A stretch of 64,000 bases of DNA, from contig JAZLBO010000012.1 in the NCBI GenBank assembly GCA_045613765.1, positions 674-64,673 of the forward strand, given 5' to 3'. Shown here piece after piece: positions 8,521 to 18,787 of the stretch; position 1 is the first letter of the stretch; each line of letters opens with the position of its first letter. This DNA comes from Clostridia bacterium (GTDB lineage: Bacteria; Bacillota; Clostridia; Christensenellales; CAG-917). The notes below the pieces were generated by a model that had not been told where the DNA came from, ran no database searches, and saw only the letters and a program-made list of their open reading frames with translations. Position numbers and translations under genes: made by a program.

Positions 8521-8892
8521 ATGGAATTTTTTTTGAATTATCTAAAAGTCTTTGCAGTTGGTGGTGCAGTTTGCGTTTTGGGTCAAATTTTGATCAACAA
8601 AACAAGCATGTCATCTGCAAGAATTCTTGTCACGTTTTTAATACTTGGAGTCATTCTTGAAATTACAGGTGCTTTTAAGTATATGGAAGAATTTGCAGGT
8701 GCAGGTGTCACTGTGCCAATCATGGGCTTTGGCAGTAATCTTGCAAAGGGTGCTTTGGAAGGAGTAAAAGACGAAGGTATTTTGGGCGCAATAAAAGGTG
8801 GGTTGTCTGCAGTTTCTGCAGGACTTTCATCAGTCATTTTCTTTGGATTTTTCTTTGCTCTAATCTTCAAATCAAAGAGTAAGAAAATATAA
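8521..8892 (+). CDS. spoVAE: Stage V sporulation protein AE (AEb type)
   Basis: 123 aa membrane protein with GAGVTVPIMGFGSNL, paralogous to SpoVAC. Confidence 0.88.
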   Translation: MEFFLNYLKVFAVGGAVCVLGQILINKTSMSSARILVTFLILGVILEITGAFKYMEEFAGAGVTVPIMGFGSNLAKGALEGVKDEGILGAIKGGLSAVSAGLSSVIFFGFFFALIFKSKSKKI

Positions 8893-8903
8893 TTCATTAT
8901 ATT

Positions 8904-9578
8904 TTATCCATTGGGAGATAGATCAAAAATATCTCCATAATTTCCAAAGGACAAGTATGTGTCTGGAATTTTGCCGACAAGCACGTTTTCACACACCAAA
9001 ACTTCGGCCTTTACACAAATTGTAGGGTCTGCGATGGGTGTGATTACGTTGATATCGGCATAGACGTCAATATAAATTCTATGTATAGTTTGATTGATGC
9101 CTGCAGATATAAAAGTTGACACAAAATCACAGTTGGCAGTGCCGATTGGCATAATTTTAATGTTTACATTAGGCCCAAAACCTGTGAGCAGGGCAAGTCC
9201 CGTGAAAGTGCCGAGGGCGATATCTATTGTTTGCATACCAAGGTCGTCAAGATTGGCTTGAGCCAAGTTGGCAATTTGGCGTGCTATTGAGTTTATTTTG
9301 GGCGAGTTGGCTTGTATCATTTCAATCTCGCCTTTTTCATTTTTTATCACTTCAAACAGATCTTCATAAGTTATGTTTTCTTGTAGAACAGTCGTGGCTG
9401 CAAGGTTGACAGCGTTCGTGCCTATGGCACGAACTTGAGCTTCCGAACTTTCAATTACGATTGGAACTATGTTGTTTCTAAAGTAAGTCGCGCACAGCAC
9501 AAATGATCCCACGAAGATCAAAATCGCCGTAGTAACGCGCATTGCTTTTTTGCCAAAAATCTTTTTAAATTTTGCCAC
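8904..9578 (-). CDS. yunB: Sporulation protein YunB
   Basis: 224 aa with an N-terminal TM anchor. Central IALGTFTGLALLTGFGPNVNIKIMPIG and the later beta-rich region align by eye with B. subtilis YunB. Confidence 0.65.
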   Translation of the reverse strand: MAKFKKIFGKKAMRVTTAILIFVGSFVLCATYFRNNIVPIVIESSEAQVRAIGTNAVNLAATTVLQENITYEDLFEVIKNEKGEIEMIQANSPKINSIARQIANLAQANLDDLGMQTIDIALGTFTGLALLTGFGPNVNIKIMPIGTANCDFVSTFISAGINQTIHRIYIDVYADINVITPIADPTICVKAEVLVCENVLVGKIPDTYLSFGNYGDIFDLSPNG

Positions 9579-9686
9579 AATTTATTATATGAAAAATTTT
9601 CCGTTTGGATAACACGCTCAAGGCCACAAAATACCGAATTTTAAGGAAATTTTAGGGGTTAAAAGTGCAATTTCACACTCAAGCCC

Positions 9687-9715
9687 TTGACTACCCGTAT
9701 AATAATTGTTATACT
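9687..9715 (+). promoter_or_regulatory. Sigma-A type promoter for pheST
   Basis: TTGACT (9687-9692), 17 nt spacer, TATACT (9710-9715). The short leader contains the hairpin GCGCAC-GTATAT-GTGCGC (9734-9751). Confidence 0.55.
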
Positions 9716-9773
9716 CTTATGGATTAATTTATTGCGCACGTATATGTGCGCTAAGCAAACCATAGGAGTTTTT

Positions 9774-10796
9774 ATGAAAGAACAAATGGAACTTATCAAA
9801 TCAAAGGCACTCGAAGCCATTGAAAATGCAGAAACATCTGTTGAACTCAATGACGTTAGAGTGCGTTTTCTTGGAAAGAGTGGCGAGATCACAAACGTTA
9901 TGAAAGGTCTTGGCTCTGTCCCCAAGGAAGAAAAGCCTGCAATGGGCAAACTCTTGAACGAAGTTCGTTTTGCAATCGAAAATGCTCTTGAAAGCAAAAC
10001 AGAACTTGTTGTGGAAAGAGAAAAGCAAGCACGTCTTAAAGCAGAAACTGTTGACGTCACTTTCCCTGCATCATTTAAGAGAGTTGGCACTTTGCACCCA
10101 ATCACAAAAGTTAAAAACGAAATTGAAGAAATTTTTCTTCAAATGGGCTTTTCAGTGGAAGAAGGTCCTGAAATTGAAACAGACCTTTTCAACTTCCAAC
10201 TTTTGAACGTACCCAAGGATCACCCTGCACGTGATATGCAAGATACTTTCTACTGTGCAGATGATATCGTCCTTCGTACACAAACATCATCAATTCAAGC
10301 AAGAATTATGCTTGATCAACAACCCCCCATTAGAGTTATCAGTCCCGGCAAGGTCTTTAGAAGTGATGACGACGCTTCACACAGCCCCGTCTTCCATCAA
10401 ATGGAAGGTCTTGCAATAGACGAACATATCACAATGGGCGACCTTACAGGTTGTTTGCTTACATTTGCACAAAAAATGTTCAGCGAAGATACAAAAGTTA
10501 GACTTCGCCCCTCATATTTCCCATTTACCGAACCTTCAGTTGAAGTTGACGTCACTTGCTCAATTTGTCACGGCAAGGGTTGTAAACTCTGCAAGGGCAC
10601 AGGTTGGATGGAAATTCTCGGTGCAGGCATTGTCAATCCTGCAGTCCTTGATATGTGTGGTATTGACAGCAAAAAATATGGTGGCTTTGCATTTGGCTTT
10701 GGCATTGAGCGTATTGCAATGATCAAGTACGGAATCCCCAATATCAAACTTTTCTACGAAAACGACGTGAGATTCCTCAACCAATTCAATGACTAA
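9774..10796 (+). CDS. pheS: Phenylalanine--tRNA ligase alpha subunit
   Basis: 340 aa from the ATG at 9774 (AGGAG SD). Class II motifs (HPARDMQDTFY, FRSDDDASHSPVFHQMEG, GFAFGFGIERIAM). Confidence 0.95.
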   Translation: MKEQMELIKSKALEAIENAETSVELNDVRVRFLGKSGEITNVMKGLGSVPKEEKPAMGKLLNEVRFAIENALESKTELVVEREKQARLKAETVDVTFPASFKRVGTLHPITKVKNEIEEIFLQMGFSVEEGPEIETDLFNFQLLNVPKDHPARDMQDTFYCADDIVLRTQTSSIQARIMLDQQPPIRVISPGKVFRSDDDASHSPVFHQMEGLAIDEHITMGDLTGCLLTFAQKMFSEDTKVRLRPSYFPFTEPSVEVDVTCSICHGKGCKLCKGTGWMEILGAGIVNPAVLDMCGIDSKKYGGFAFGFGIERIAMIKYGIPNIKLFYENDVRFLNQFND

Positions 10797-10807
10797 GGAG
10801 AAAGAAT

Positions 10808-13198
10808 ATGTTAGCACCTATTTCATGGCTTAAAGATTATGTAGATATCAATGTTTCACCCGAAGTCCTTGCAAAGAAACTTGTTTCAATCGGCTTTGAG
10901 GTTGAAGAAATCATTTATCAAGAAAAGAGCGCATCAAAAGTTGTAGTCGGCAAAATTGTGGAAGTAGAAAAACACCCCAATGCAGACAGACTTCGTGTCA
11001 CTCAAATAGACATTGGCAGTGGCAAAATCCAAGTTGTCACCAACGTTCCCGTTGTCGGTGGCGAAACAATCGCAGTCGCACTTGACGGAGCAGTCCTTGC
11101 AGACGGTCACAACATTGTCAAAGGCGAACTTCGTGGCGTAGTCAGTGAAGGTATGCTTTGTGGACTTGAAGAAATCGGCGCAACCGTTGATGACGTTGAA
11201 GGACAAATAAAGGGAGACATTATCCGTTTCCCCGAAGGCACAACTCTTGGTGCAAACGCACTCAAAACCTTAGGTTTTGATGATGTTATCCTTGATGTTG
11301 GTGTCACAGCAAACCGTCCTGACTGCAACAGTATTTATAAACTTGCAAAGGAAGTGGCAGTTGCATTGAAAACAACTTGCCGTGAACCTGAAATTGCATA
11401 TACAACAGTTGGTGGAAACGTCAATGACTGTGTCAAGGTTGACGTGCAAAACAACGCTCTTTGCCCCAGATATATGGCAAGTGCAGTGAAAAACGTCAAG
11501 GTTTTCCCCTCAAATCACAAGATCAAGTCAAGATTGCACGCAGTGGGCATCCGTCCCATCAACAATATCGTTGACATCACAAACTATGTGCTTACAGAAA
11601 TTGGTCAACCTATGCATGCATTTGACCTTCGTGATCTTGAAGAAAAAACAATCGTTGTTAGAAATGCAAAGGCAGGAGAAGAAATCGTCACTCTTGACGA
11701 CAAAAAGAACACCCTTGCAGAAAGCATGCTTGTAATCGCAGACGCAAATCGTCCTGTTGCAGTTGCAGGTGTTATGGGGGGCGAAAACAGTGGTGTCAAA
11801 GATGATACGGATACAATCATTTTTGAATCTGCAAAATTTGCTCGTGACAGTGTGAGAAAGACATCACGTGCACTTACACTCCGTAGTGATAGTTCTGCAA
11901 GATTTGAAAAGGGTATTGACTTTGCATCACAAGAGTACGGCATCAAGAGAGCATTGACACTTATCGCAGAAACTGGCAGTGGTGATATCGTTGAAGGTTT
12001 TGTTGATTGCAAGGTTGAATATGCTCAAGTCCGTGATATCGAATTTACAACAAAGCAAATAGAAAAGATCGTTGGCTGCAAAGTGCCCAAGAAGACACTC
12101 ATCAGCATACTTTCAAGACTTGGCATTGAATGTGATGATAACGGCAAGAGCCTTGTTGCACACGTTGGCGAAGATAGAGAAGACGTTGTTGGCGTAAATG
12201 ACATTGCAGAAGAATTCATTAGAGTTTACGGCTATTCACACGTCAAACCCACATTGTTTGAATATTCCAAACTCACAAAGGGTGGCAAGAGCGAAAAGAT
12301 TTTGTTTGTTGACAAAGTCAAAGATACACTTGCATCACTCGGTCTTAATGAGGCAATTTCATACTCATTTACATCACCCAAGTTTGCACAAGCACTCCGT
12401 CTTGACGAAGATGACAAACTCCGTGATGCAATCACGCTTGTCAATCCTCTTGGCGAAGCACTCAGTGTTATGAGAACAACTCTCACACATACAATGTGTG
12501 AAACACTTGCTTTCAATGCAACACACTTCAACAAAGAGGCATATCTCTTTGAAGTTTCAAGCGTCTATATTCCCAAGGCACTTCCTCTTGTTGAACTCCC
12601 TTACGAAGAACAAAAGTTGGCAATCGGTGTGTATGGCGCAAACGTTGACTTCTTTACACTCAAGGGCATTGTTGAAGAATTGTTTGATAGACTTGCAATC
12701 AACGGCAAGTATCAAAGAGCAAACTTGAACTACTTGCACCCCGGTAGAAGTGCAGAAGTTGTGGTTGACGGCAATAGCGTTGGTTATATTGGAGAAATCC
12801 ACCCCGATAGCGCAAAATTCTATGGGGTTGACAACAGATTGTACGTTGCAGAACTTTCAATCGACAAACTCTTTGATATCGTTGGTGGCAAGAAGAAGTT
12901 TGTACCTTTTTCAAAATTCCCCGCAATGGAAAGAGACTTGGCAGTGGTTGTCGGTGAAGATGTTGCAGTTGGCGATATGCTTGATGCAGTCCGTGGTGGC
13001 AAAATCAAGTATCTTACAGATTTGACTGCATTTGACACGTACAGAAGTGATGCAATCGGCAAAGACAAAAAGAGTGTTGCACTTTCATTTACTTTTGCTT
13101 CACTTGAAGGCACACTCAAAGATGAAGAAATCAATGGCGAATTGGATAGAATTCTCTCAATCCTTAAACGCCGTTTTGGAGCAAAAATTAGAGGATAA
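10808..13198 (+). CDS. pheT: Phenylalanine--tRNA ligase beta subunit
   Basis: 796 aa with tRNA-binding domain (HPNADRL), B3/4, B5 and the FDXACB C-terminal domain. Directly follows pheS. Confidence 0.95.
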   Translation: MLAPISWLKDYVDINVSPEVLAKKLVSIGFEVEEIIYQEKSASKVVVGKIVEVEKHPNADRLRVTQIDIGSGKIQVVTNVPVVGGETIAVALDGAVLADGHNIVKGELRGVVSEGMLCGLEEIGATVDDVEGQIKGDIIRFPEGTTLGANALKTLGFDDVILDVGVTANRPDCNSIYKLAKEVAVALKTTCREPEIAYTTVGGNVNDCVKVDVQNNALCPRYMASAVKNVKVFPSNHKIKSRLHAVGIRPINNIVDITNYVLTEIGQPMHAFDLRDLEEKTIVVRNAKAGEEIVTLDDKKNTLAESMLVIADANRPVAVAGVMGGENSGVKDDTDTIIFESAKFARDSVRKTSRALTLRSDSSARFEKGIDFASQEYGIKRALTLIAETGSGDIVEGFVDCKVEYAQVRDIEFTTKQIEKIVGCKVPKKTLISILSRLGIECDDNGKSLVAHVGEDREDVVGVNDIAEEFIRVYGYSHVKPTLFEYSKLTKGGKSEKILFVDKVKDTLASLGLNEAISYSFTSPKFAQALRLDEDDKLRDAITLVNPLGEALSVMRTTLTHTMCETLAFNATHFNKEAYLFEVSSVYIPKALPLVELPYEEQKLAIGVYGANVDFFTLKGIVEELFDRLAINGKYQRANLNYLHPGRSAEVVVDGNSVGYIGEIHPDSAKFYGVDNRLYVAELSIDKLFDIVGGKKKFVPFSKFPAMERDLAVVVGEDVAVGDMLDAVRGGKIKYLTDLTAFDTYRSDAIGKDKKSVALSFTFASLEGTLKDEEINGELDRILSILKRRFGAKIRG

Positions 13199-15252
13199 TG
13201 TTTGATATAAAAAGTCTAAAAACACTTGAATATGACAAAATTCTTGATATGCTTGCCACTTATGCACAATCGCAAGGTGGCAAGGATAAGTCAAGGAATT
13301 TGAAACCTTTTGAAGACTATCAAGAGGTTCTTCATGCTTTGGCAGAAACAGAAGAGGCCGATAGAACGCTGTTTGACTTCTCGGTCAATCCTTCATTTTC
13401 TGTTGATGACATAGACGAAGTTCTTGCAAGGGTTGGAAAAGGGGCAGTTTTGTCTATTGCTGATATTTTGAAAGTCGGCAGAACTTTGCGTGTTTCAAGA
13501 CGATTGAAAAAGGCAATCTACACCGTGAACGGTGTGCCAATTCTTACATCTATGGTGCAAGGTCTTTATGATGATATTGACCTTGAAAATAGAATCTACG
13601 ATTCATTTATATCCGAAACTGAAGTTTCAGACAATGCATCTGCAGATTTGAGATCTATCCGTATCCGTATTCGCAAACTCAACGATAACGTCAAGACAAA
13701 ACTGCAAAGTTATATCACGTCTTCAAGTTATCAAAAGTATTTGCAAGACAATATCATCACTCAACGTGGGGATAGATACGTTATTCCTTTGAAAAGTGAG
13801 TGCAAAGGCACAATTCAAGGACTTATACACGATCAATCTGCATCAGGATCAACATTGTATGTTGAACCTATGGCAATCGTTGAACTCAACAACGATTTGC
13901 GCACAGCAAAAGCAGAAGAACTTGCAGAAATTGAGCGTATTTTACGCAAGTTTTCAATGGCAATTCAAGGTTGTGCCGATAGGTTGCAAATTGCATACGG
14001 CATAATCACTGATATGGATTGCATCTTTGCAAAGGCAAACCTTGCAAGAGAGTTGAAGGCAATCAAGCCAGATGTTAATACCAAAGGTATTATCAATATC
14101 AACAGTGGCAGACATCCTCTCATTGACAAACACAAGGTTGTGCCAGTATCTTTGTCCCTCAATAGTGACGACAAGATGCTTCTTATCACCGGACCTAATA
14201 CAGGTGGCAAAACCGTCACTTTGAAATTGGTTGGGCTGTCAGTTTTGCTGGCAATGAGTGGTATGTATATACCTGCAAAGAGCGCAAATATTTCAATATT
14301 TGATGGCGTCTATTGTGATATTGGTGACGAGCAAAGCATAGAGCAAAGTTTGTCAACGTTTTCGGGACATATTCGCACAATCATTGAAGTCCTTGACAAA
14401 ATCACAGACAAGTCATTGGTCTTGTTTGATGAACTTGGCGCAGGCACTGACCCCAGTGAAGGATCGGCACTTGCCGTTAGCATTTGCGAAAGAGTTTTGT
14501 CATTGGGCGCAAAGTCCTTTGTCACATCACACTTCAATGATTTGAAGGAATTTGCACTTGTCACAAAGGGCGTTGTTTGTGCATCAATGGAATTCAATGT
14601 TGAAACATTGTCCCCCACATATAAACTTGTTATGGGGGCAATTGGGTGTTCTAATGCACTGGATATTGCAAGAAAACTTGGGCTTGATGAAGAAATCATA
14701 TCAAGAGCAAGACACAAAGTGTCACCTGAAAAGCGCAAGTTTGACGAAGTTTTGAATGCTGCCGAAGAAACAAGACGAAAGGCACAACAACTCGTTCAAG
14801 ACGCAAGCCTTGATAGAGCCAAGGCCCGAGAAGTGTTGATTGATGCCGAAAAGGAAAAGGCAGTCATTGCACAAAAGAAAGAAAAACTTGACGAAACAAT
14901 CCGTCGTGGCACAAAAAATCTTATTGAAAACTCTGTTGAGGAGGCAAATGATATTATTTTTGCATTGAAAGAGATTTTGTCAAAGCCCGAAGAAGAAATT
15001 GAAGATGCAGATCTCTTTGAGGCACACAAACTCAAAAAGAAACTTGAAAACATGTCTGCAGAATATGACAAAGAAAGTGTCATAGAAGATATGGAAATCC
15101 CCGGCGAAATCAAAATTGGGGACAACGTGTGGGTGAAATCTCTTGGCAAAAAGGGTAAACTCATCAAGCTCAATCCTCGTGGAGAAGCCGAAGTGTTGTT
15201 TGGCAAAATTGCAGTAAAAGTCAAGAAAAATGACTACTACAAGGTGAAATAA
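13198..15252 (+). CDS. mutS2: Endonuclease MutS2-like protein (MutS domain V ATPase), with no Smr domain
   Basis: 684 aa. Walker A GPNTGGKTVTLK, DELGAGTDPSEG, a long coiled-coil region, and the C-terminus ends right after a KOW-like GDNVWVKSLGKKGKLIKL... segment. The start overlaps the pheT stop (TAATG). Confidence 0.85.
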   Translation: MFDIKSLKTLEYDKILDMLATYAQSQGGKDKSRNLKPFEDYQEVLHALAETEEADRTLFDFSVNPSFSVDDIDEVLARVGKGAVLSIADILKVGRTLRVSRRLKKAIYTVNGVPILTSMVQGLYDDIDLENRIYDSFISETEVSDNASADLRSIRIRIRKLNDNVKTKLQSYITSSSYQKYLQDNIITQRGDRYVIPLKSECKGTIQGLIHDQSASGSTLYVEPMAIVELNNDLRTAKAEELAEIERILRKFSMAIQGCADRLQIAYGIITDMDCIFAKANLARELKAIKPDVNTKGIININSGRHPLIDKHKVVPVSLSLNSDDKMLLITGPNTGGKTVTLKLVGLSVLLAMSGMYIPAKSANISIFDGVYCDIGDEQSIEQSLSTFSGHIRTIIEVLDKITDKSLVLFDELGAGTDPSEGSALAVSICERVLSLGAKSFVTSHFNDLKEFALVTKGVVCASMEFNVETLSPTYKLVMGAIGCSNALDIARKLGLDEEIISRARHKVSPEKRKFDEVLNAAEETRRKAQQLVQDASLDRAKAREVLIDAEKEKAVIAQKKEKLDETIRRGTKNLIENSVEEANDIIFALKEILSKPEEEIEDADLFEAHKLKKKLENMSAEYDKESVIEDMEIPGEIKIGDNVWVKSLGKKGKLIKLNPRGEAEVLFGKIAVKVKKNDYYKVK

Positions 15253-15749
15253 TGACTGATTTGTACACTCAAACAATCGAAAACCCACTTGACAAAGTGG
15301 CAAGGCGCAAACAAGTTGGTGGCGCACTTGCAGTTGTCATTGGCATTTGTTCCATTGGACTTGCCGTTGGTGTCAGTTATTATTTTTTCATTTTGACAGG
15401 CGCACTTATTGGTCTTGGGGCTTTTCTTACAATCAGTTTCAACAATACAATCAAGTCATTTGAATATGGTTGTAATTCGACAAGATTGATATTTTCTGTC
15501 ACAACGGTTATTTCGCGTACTGAAAGAAAAATCGAAATTTTGCTTGATGATGTTGTTGAATACAATGATTTTCAGGATTTGACCATTGAAAGCGACTTTG
15601 TTATGTGCCCGAATATAAATGCAAACGGTGTCAAAGCACTCGTATTCAAAGTTGATGGCAAGATGGCAAGAGTTTTGTTTCAACCTGATGACTATATGCA
15701 CGCATTTTTGAAGGAAACACTTCCAAAGGAAGTGACAAATCAAAATTAA
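15252..15749 (+). CDS. Hypothetical membrane protein (2 TM plus a soluble C-terminal domain)
   Basis: 165 aa. TAATG overlap with the mutS2 stop. TM hairpin GGALAVVIGICSIGLAVGVSYYFFILTGALIGLGAFLTI. No family recognised. Confidence 0.55.
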   Translation: MTDLYTQTIENPLDKVARRKQVGGALAVVIGICSIGLAVGVSYYFFILTGALIGLGAFLTISFNNTIKSFEYGCNSTRLIFSVTTVISRTERKIEILLDDVVEYNDFQDLTIESDFVMCPNINANGVKALVFKVDGKMARVLFQPDDYMHAFLKETLPKEVTNQN

Positions 15750-15784
15750 GTTGGTTGAAACCATTGTTTAATTTAGGAGAACTT

Positions 15785-16216
15785 ATGCTAATAGCAATTA
15801 TAGGAGAAAATTGTGTTGGAAAATCAACACTCGCAAATAAAATCAAAGAAACAATAGGAGCAAATATTTACACTGGCAAGGATTACTTGAGATTGGAAAA
15901 GAATCCCAGTGTCGCAGTTGAGAAATTCAAATCAATTTTGAAGGAATCAGTGACAGGTGACAATATCATTTATTTGATCACAGAACGAGATCATTTGAAT
16001 TTGTTGCCTCAGGGTTCAATTAAAATAGTCTTGACTGCAAGTTTGGATACAATCAAGGCACGTTTTAGAGAGCGTATGAGAGGCAATTTGCCTTTACCTG
16101 TTGAAAAAATGTTAGAGGCAGGCCACGGCATTTACGACAACTTGGATTATGATATGAAACTTGATGAAGGATACAACATTGATGAAGCGCTCAAGACACT
16201 CAAATTGAGCATCTAA
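15785..16216 (+). CDS. P-loop NTPase / small kinase-like protein
   Basis: Start set at the ATG at 15785 (AGGAG SD). Walker A GENCVGKST at the N-terminus. 143 aa. Confidence 0.6.
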   Translation: MLIAIIGENCVGKSTLANKIKETIGANIYTGKDYLRLEKNPSVAVEKFKSILKESVTGDNIIYLITERDHLNLLPQGSIKIVLTASLDTIKARFRERMRGNLPLPVEKMLEAGHGIYDNLDYDMKLDEGYNIDEALKTLKLSI

Positions 16217-16241
16217 TACGATAGAATTGACAGATTTGATT

Positions 16242-17390
16242 ATGGAAAACAAAATCATTTATCTTGATAATGCCGCAACCACAAAGCCCTATGACAAAGT
16301 CATAGAGAGATATTTGGCATGCCAAAAAGACTATTTTAATCCTTCTGCGTTGTACCAACAAGCAAGTGATGGCGCAACAACCATCAAAAATGCAAAAAAA
16401 ACCATACTGAAGGCACTTCATGCACCCGATGGCGACAATCTCTATTTTACATCAGGTGGCACAGAAAGTGACAACTGGGCAATATTTTCAACAAAAAAGG
16501 CAAAGGGTAGCCGTATTATTATAGGCGAAGGCGAACATGATGCAGTCATTGCACCTGCAAAAGAATTGCAAATGCAAGGCTATGACGTTTGTTTTGTCCC
16601 TGTCAATCCTGATGGTAGTGTCAATGAAGAAAAATTTTGCGAACTTGTCAATGAAAACGTGAGTTTTGTGTCTATCATGCACGTTAGCAACGAAACGGGT
16701 GCAGTCAACAACATTGCAAAACTTGTCAAAATAGTCAAAGCAAAAGCACCGAGAGCAATTTTCCATAGTGACGGTGTGCAAGCATTTGGCAAAACAAAGG
16801 TAAATCTTCGCAACTTGGGCGTTGATCTTTATTCGATCTCTGCACATAAAATTCACGGACTTAAGGGAATAGGTGCACTTTACGTGAAAAAAGGCGTATC
16901 ATTGAAACCTTATCTCTTTGGTGGTGGTCAAGAAAGTGGTATGAGATCGGGCACTGAAAATTTGCCTATGATTTGTGCTTTTGAAGAGGCAGTCAAGGAA
17001 AATCAATTGAATTTTGATGAAAACTATTCCAAAAAATCACAATTTATGGAAAACTTTAAATCAAAACTCTTTGAAAGATTGCCAGAAACTGTTTTGATTT
17101 CACCTGTTGAATGTGGTGTGCCCAATATTTTGACGGTGGCATTTGAGATCATTCGTGGCGAAGTGCTTTTACACTCACTTGAAAAACATGGCATTTTGGT
17201 TGGAATTGGCTCTGCATGCAGTTCTCATAGAGAAAGCAGATTCAAGAAACTCTTAAAACTTGACGATAATCATCGTGACGGAATTGTTAGATTTAGTATC
17301 GGCGATTTTTGTGATAAAGAAGATATTGATTTTGTCATTGACAAGATTGAAGAAGAAATTAAAGTCCTAAAGGACTTTGCAAGAAAGTAA
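16242..17390 (+). CDS. nifZ: Cysteine desulfurase (class V aminotransferase; NifS/NifZ-like partner of ThiI)
   Basis: PLP-lysine motif SISAHKIHG and catalytic-Cys loop GSACSS. Sits immediately upstream of thiI, as in B. subtilis nifZ-thiI. Start set at the ATG at 16242. Confidence 0.85.
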   Translation: MENKIIYLDNAATTKPYDKVIERYLACQKDYFNPSALYQQASDGATTIKNAKKTILKALHAPDGDNLYFTSGGTESDNWAIFSTKKAKGSRIIIGEGEHDAVIAPAKELQMQGYDVCFVPVNPDGSVNEEKFCELVNENVSFVSIMHVSNETGAVNNIAKLVKIVKAKAPRAIFHSDGVQAFGKTKVNLRNLGVDLYSISAHKIHGLKGIGALYVKKGVSLKPYLFGGGQESGMRSGTENLPMICAFEEAVKENQLNFDENYSKKSQFMENFKSKLFERLPETVLISPVECGVPNILTVAFEIIRGEVLLHSLEKHGILVGIGSACSSHRESRFKKLLKLDDNHRDGIVRFSIGDFCDKEDIDFVIDKIEEEIKVLKDFARK

Positions 17391-17420
17391 TCACATTGGC
17401 TTGAGCCAAACGGAGAAAAT

Positions 17421-18605
17421 ATGAACAATGTAATTATCATAAGATATGGCGAAATTTTCCTTAAAGGAAAAAACAGAGATTATTTTGAAAATCTACTTAT
17501 AAGAAACATCAAGTCTGCACTTGAAGGCTATGATTATAAATTTGTCAGAGCACAAGCAAGATATTTCATTGAAGATTTTACTGAAGATGACGGATATGAA
17601 ATCATGGAAAGACTCAAGTGCGTCTTTGGCATATATTCACTTTCTTTTGCAACAAAAGTGCCTACAAACTTTGAAGGTAATTTCGTAGAAATTAAAGATG
17701 CGCTTAAAATTCTTGCAAAAGAAATCAATGATGAAAACACCATTGCAAAACCCACCTTCCGTGTGACAGTCAAGCGCGCAGATAAGCGTATCCCCATGAA
17801 GTCATTTGAGATCGCAGGGGAACTTGCAAGCGTTATTCTTCAAACTGTTCGCTTTAAGGTATCTCTTGAAAGACACGACTACGAATTTATGGTAGATATG
17901 CGTGAAAATGGCTATTCATTTGTGTATTCAAAGGTCATTATGGGCGCAGGCGGTCTTCCTGTTGGTTGTTCTGGCAAGGGCATGATGTTGCTTAGTGGTG
18001 GCATTGACAGTCCTGTTGCAGGCTATATGATGGCAAAACGTGGCATGAAACTCTTTGCAGTGCACTTTGCATCACCCCCTTACACTTCAGACAAAGCAAA
18101 GGAAAAAGTGGTTGAACTCAAGGAAATCATGGAAAGATATGCTGGAAAAATCAAGTTGTACGTCGTACCTTTCACAGATATTCAAATGGAAATCCACAAA
18201 TCTTGCCCAAGTGAATTTATGATCACAATTATGCGTAGATATATGATGCGCATTGCAACAATTCTTGCAGAAAAAGAAGATTGTAAGTCTATCGTCACAG
18301 GCGAAAGCCTTGGACAAGTTGCTTCGCAAACCGTTGAAAGCATGACTTGTACAGGCGCAACAACTTATTTGCCTATCTTTAGACCTTTGATTGGCTTTGA
18401 TAAGGAAGATATTATGACCCTTGCAAAGAAAATTGGCACATTTGAAACGTCAATTTTGCCTTATGAAGATTGTTGTACAGTATTTTTGCCCAAAAGTCCT
18501 GCAATCAAACCCCGTTTGAGCGTTGTAGAAAAGGCAGAACTCGCAATGAAAGAAGTTGGTGAAGAACTTGTCAAAAAGGCAATCGAAAACGTTGAAATCA
18601 TCTAA
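17421..18605 (+). CDS. thiI: tRNA 4-thiouridine(8) synthase ThiI
   Basis: 394 aa with ferredoxin-like and THUMP domains and the PP-loop motif LLSGGIDSPVA. Confidence 0.92.
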   Translation: MNNVIIIRYGEIFLKGKNRDYFENLLIRNIKSALEGYDYKFVRAQARYFIEDFTEDDGYEIMERLKCVFGIYSLSFATKVPTNFEGNFVEIKDALKILAKEINDENTIAKPTFRVTVKRADKRIPMKSFEIAGELASVILQTVRFKVSLERHDYEFMVDMRENGYSFVYSKVIMGAGGLPVGCSGKGMMLLSGGIDSPVAGYMMAKRGMKLFAVHFASPPYTSDKAKEKVVELKEIMERYAGKIKLYVVPFTDIQMEIHKSCPSEFMITIMRRYMMRIATILAEKEDCKSIVTGESLGQVASQTVESMTCTGATTYLPIFRPLIGFDKEDIMTLAKKIGTFETSILPYEDCCTVFLPKSPAIKPRLSVVEKAELAMKEVGEELVKKAIENVEII

Positions 18606-18678
18606 TAACGCCTTAAAACAAGGCATCCAATTATATTATTAATTGTAATAATGCAAACATTTGCATATAAAATGGAAA

Positions 18679-18705
18679 ATGGACGGCAACCCGTCCATTT
18701 TTTTG
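18679..18705 (+). terminator. Rho-independent terminator after thiI
   Basis: ATGGACGG-CAAC-CCGTCCAT followed by TTTTTTT. Confidence 0.8.
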
Positions 18706-18787
18706 CACCATAAACCTTGAGTTTCAAACATTTGTTTTCATATTTATAAAATCTTGTTTGAAATATTATTGCTGTCGGCACTCGTTT

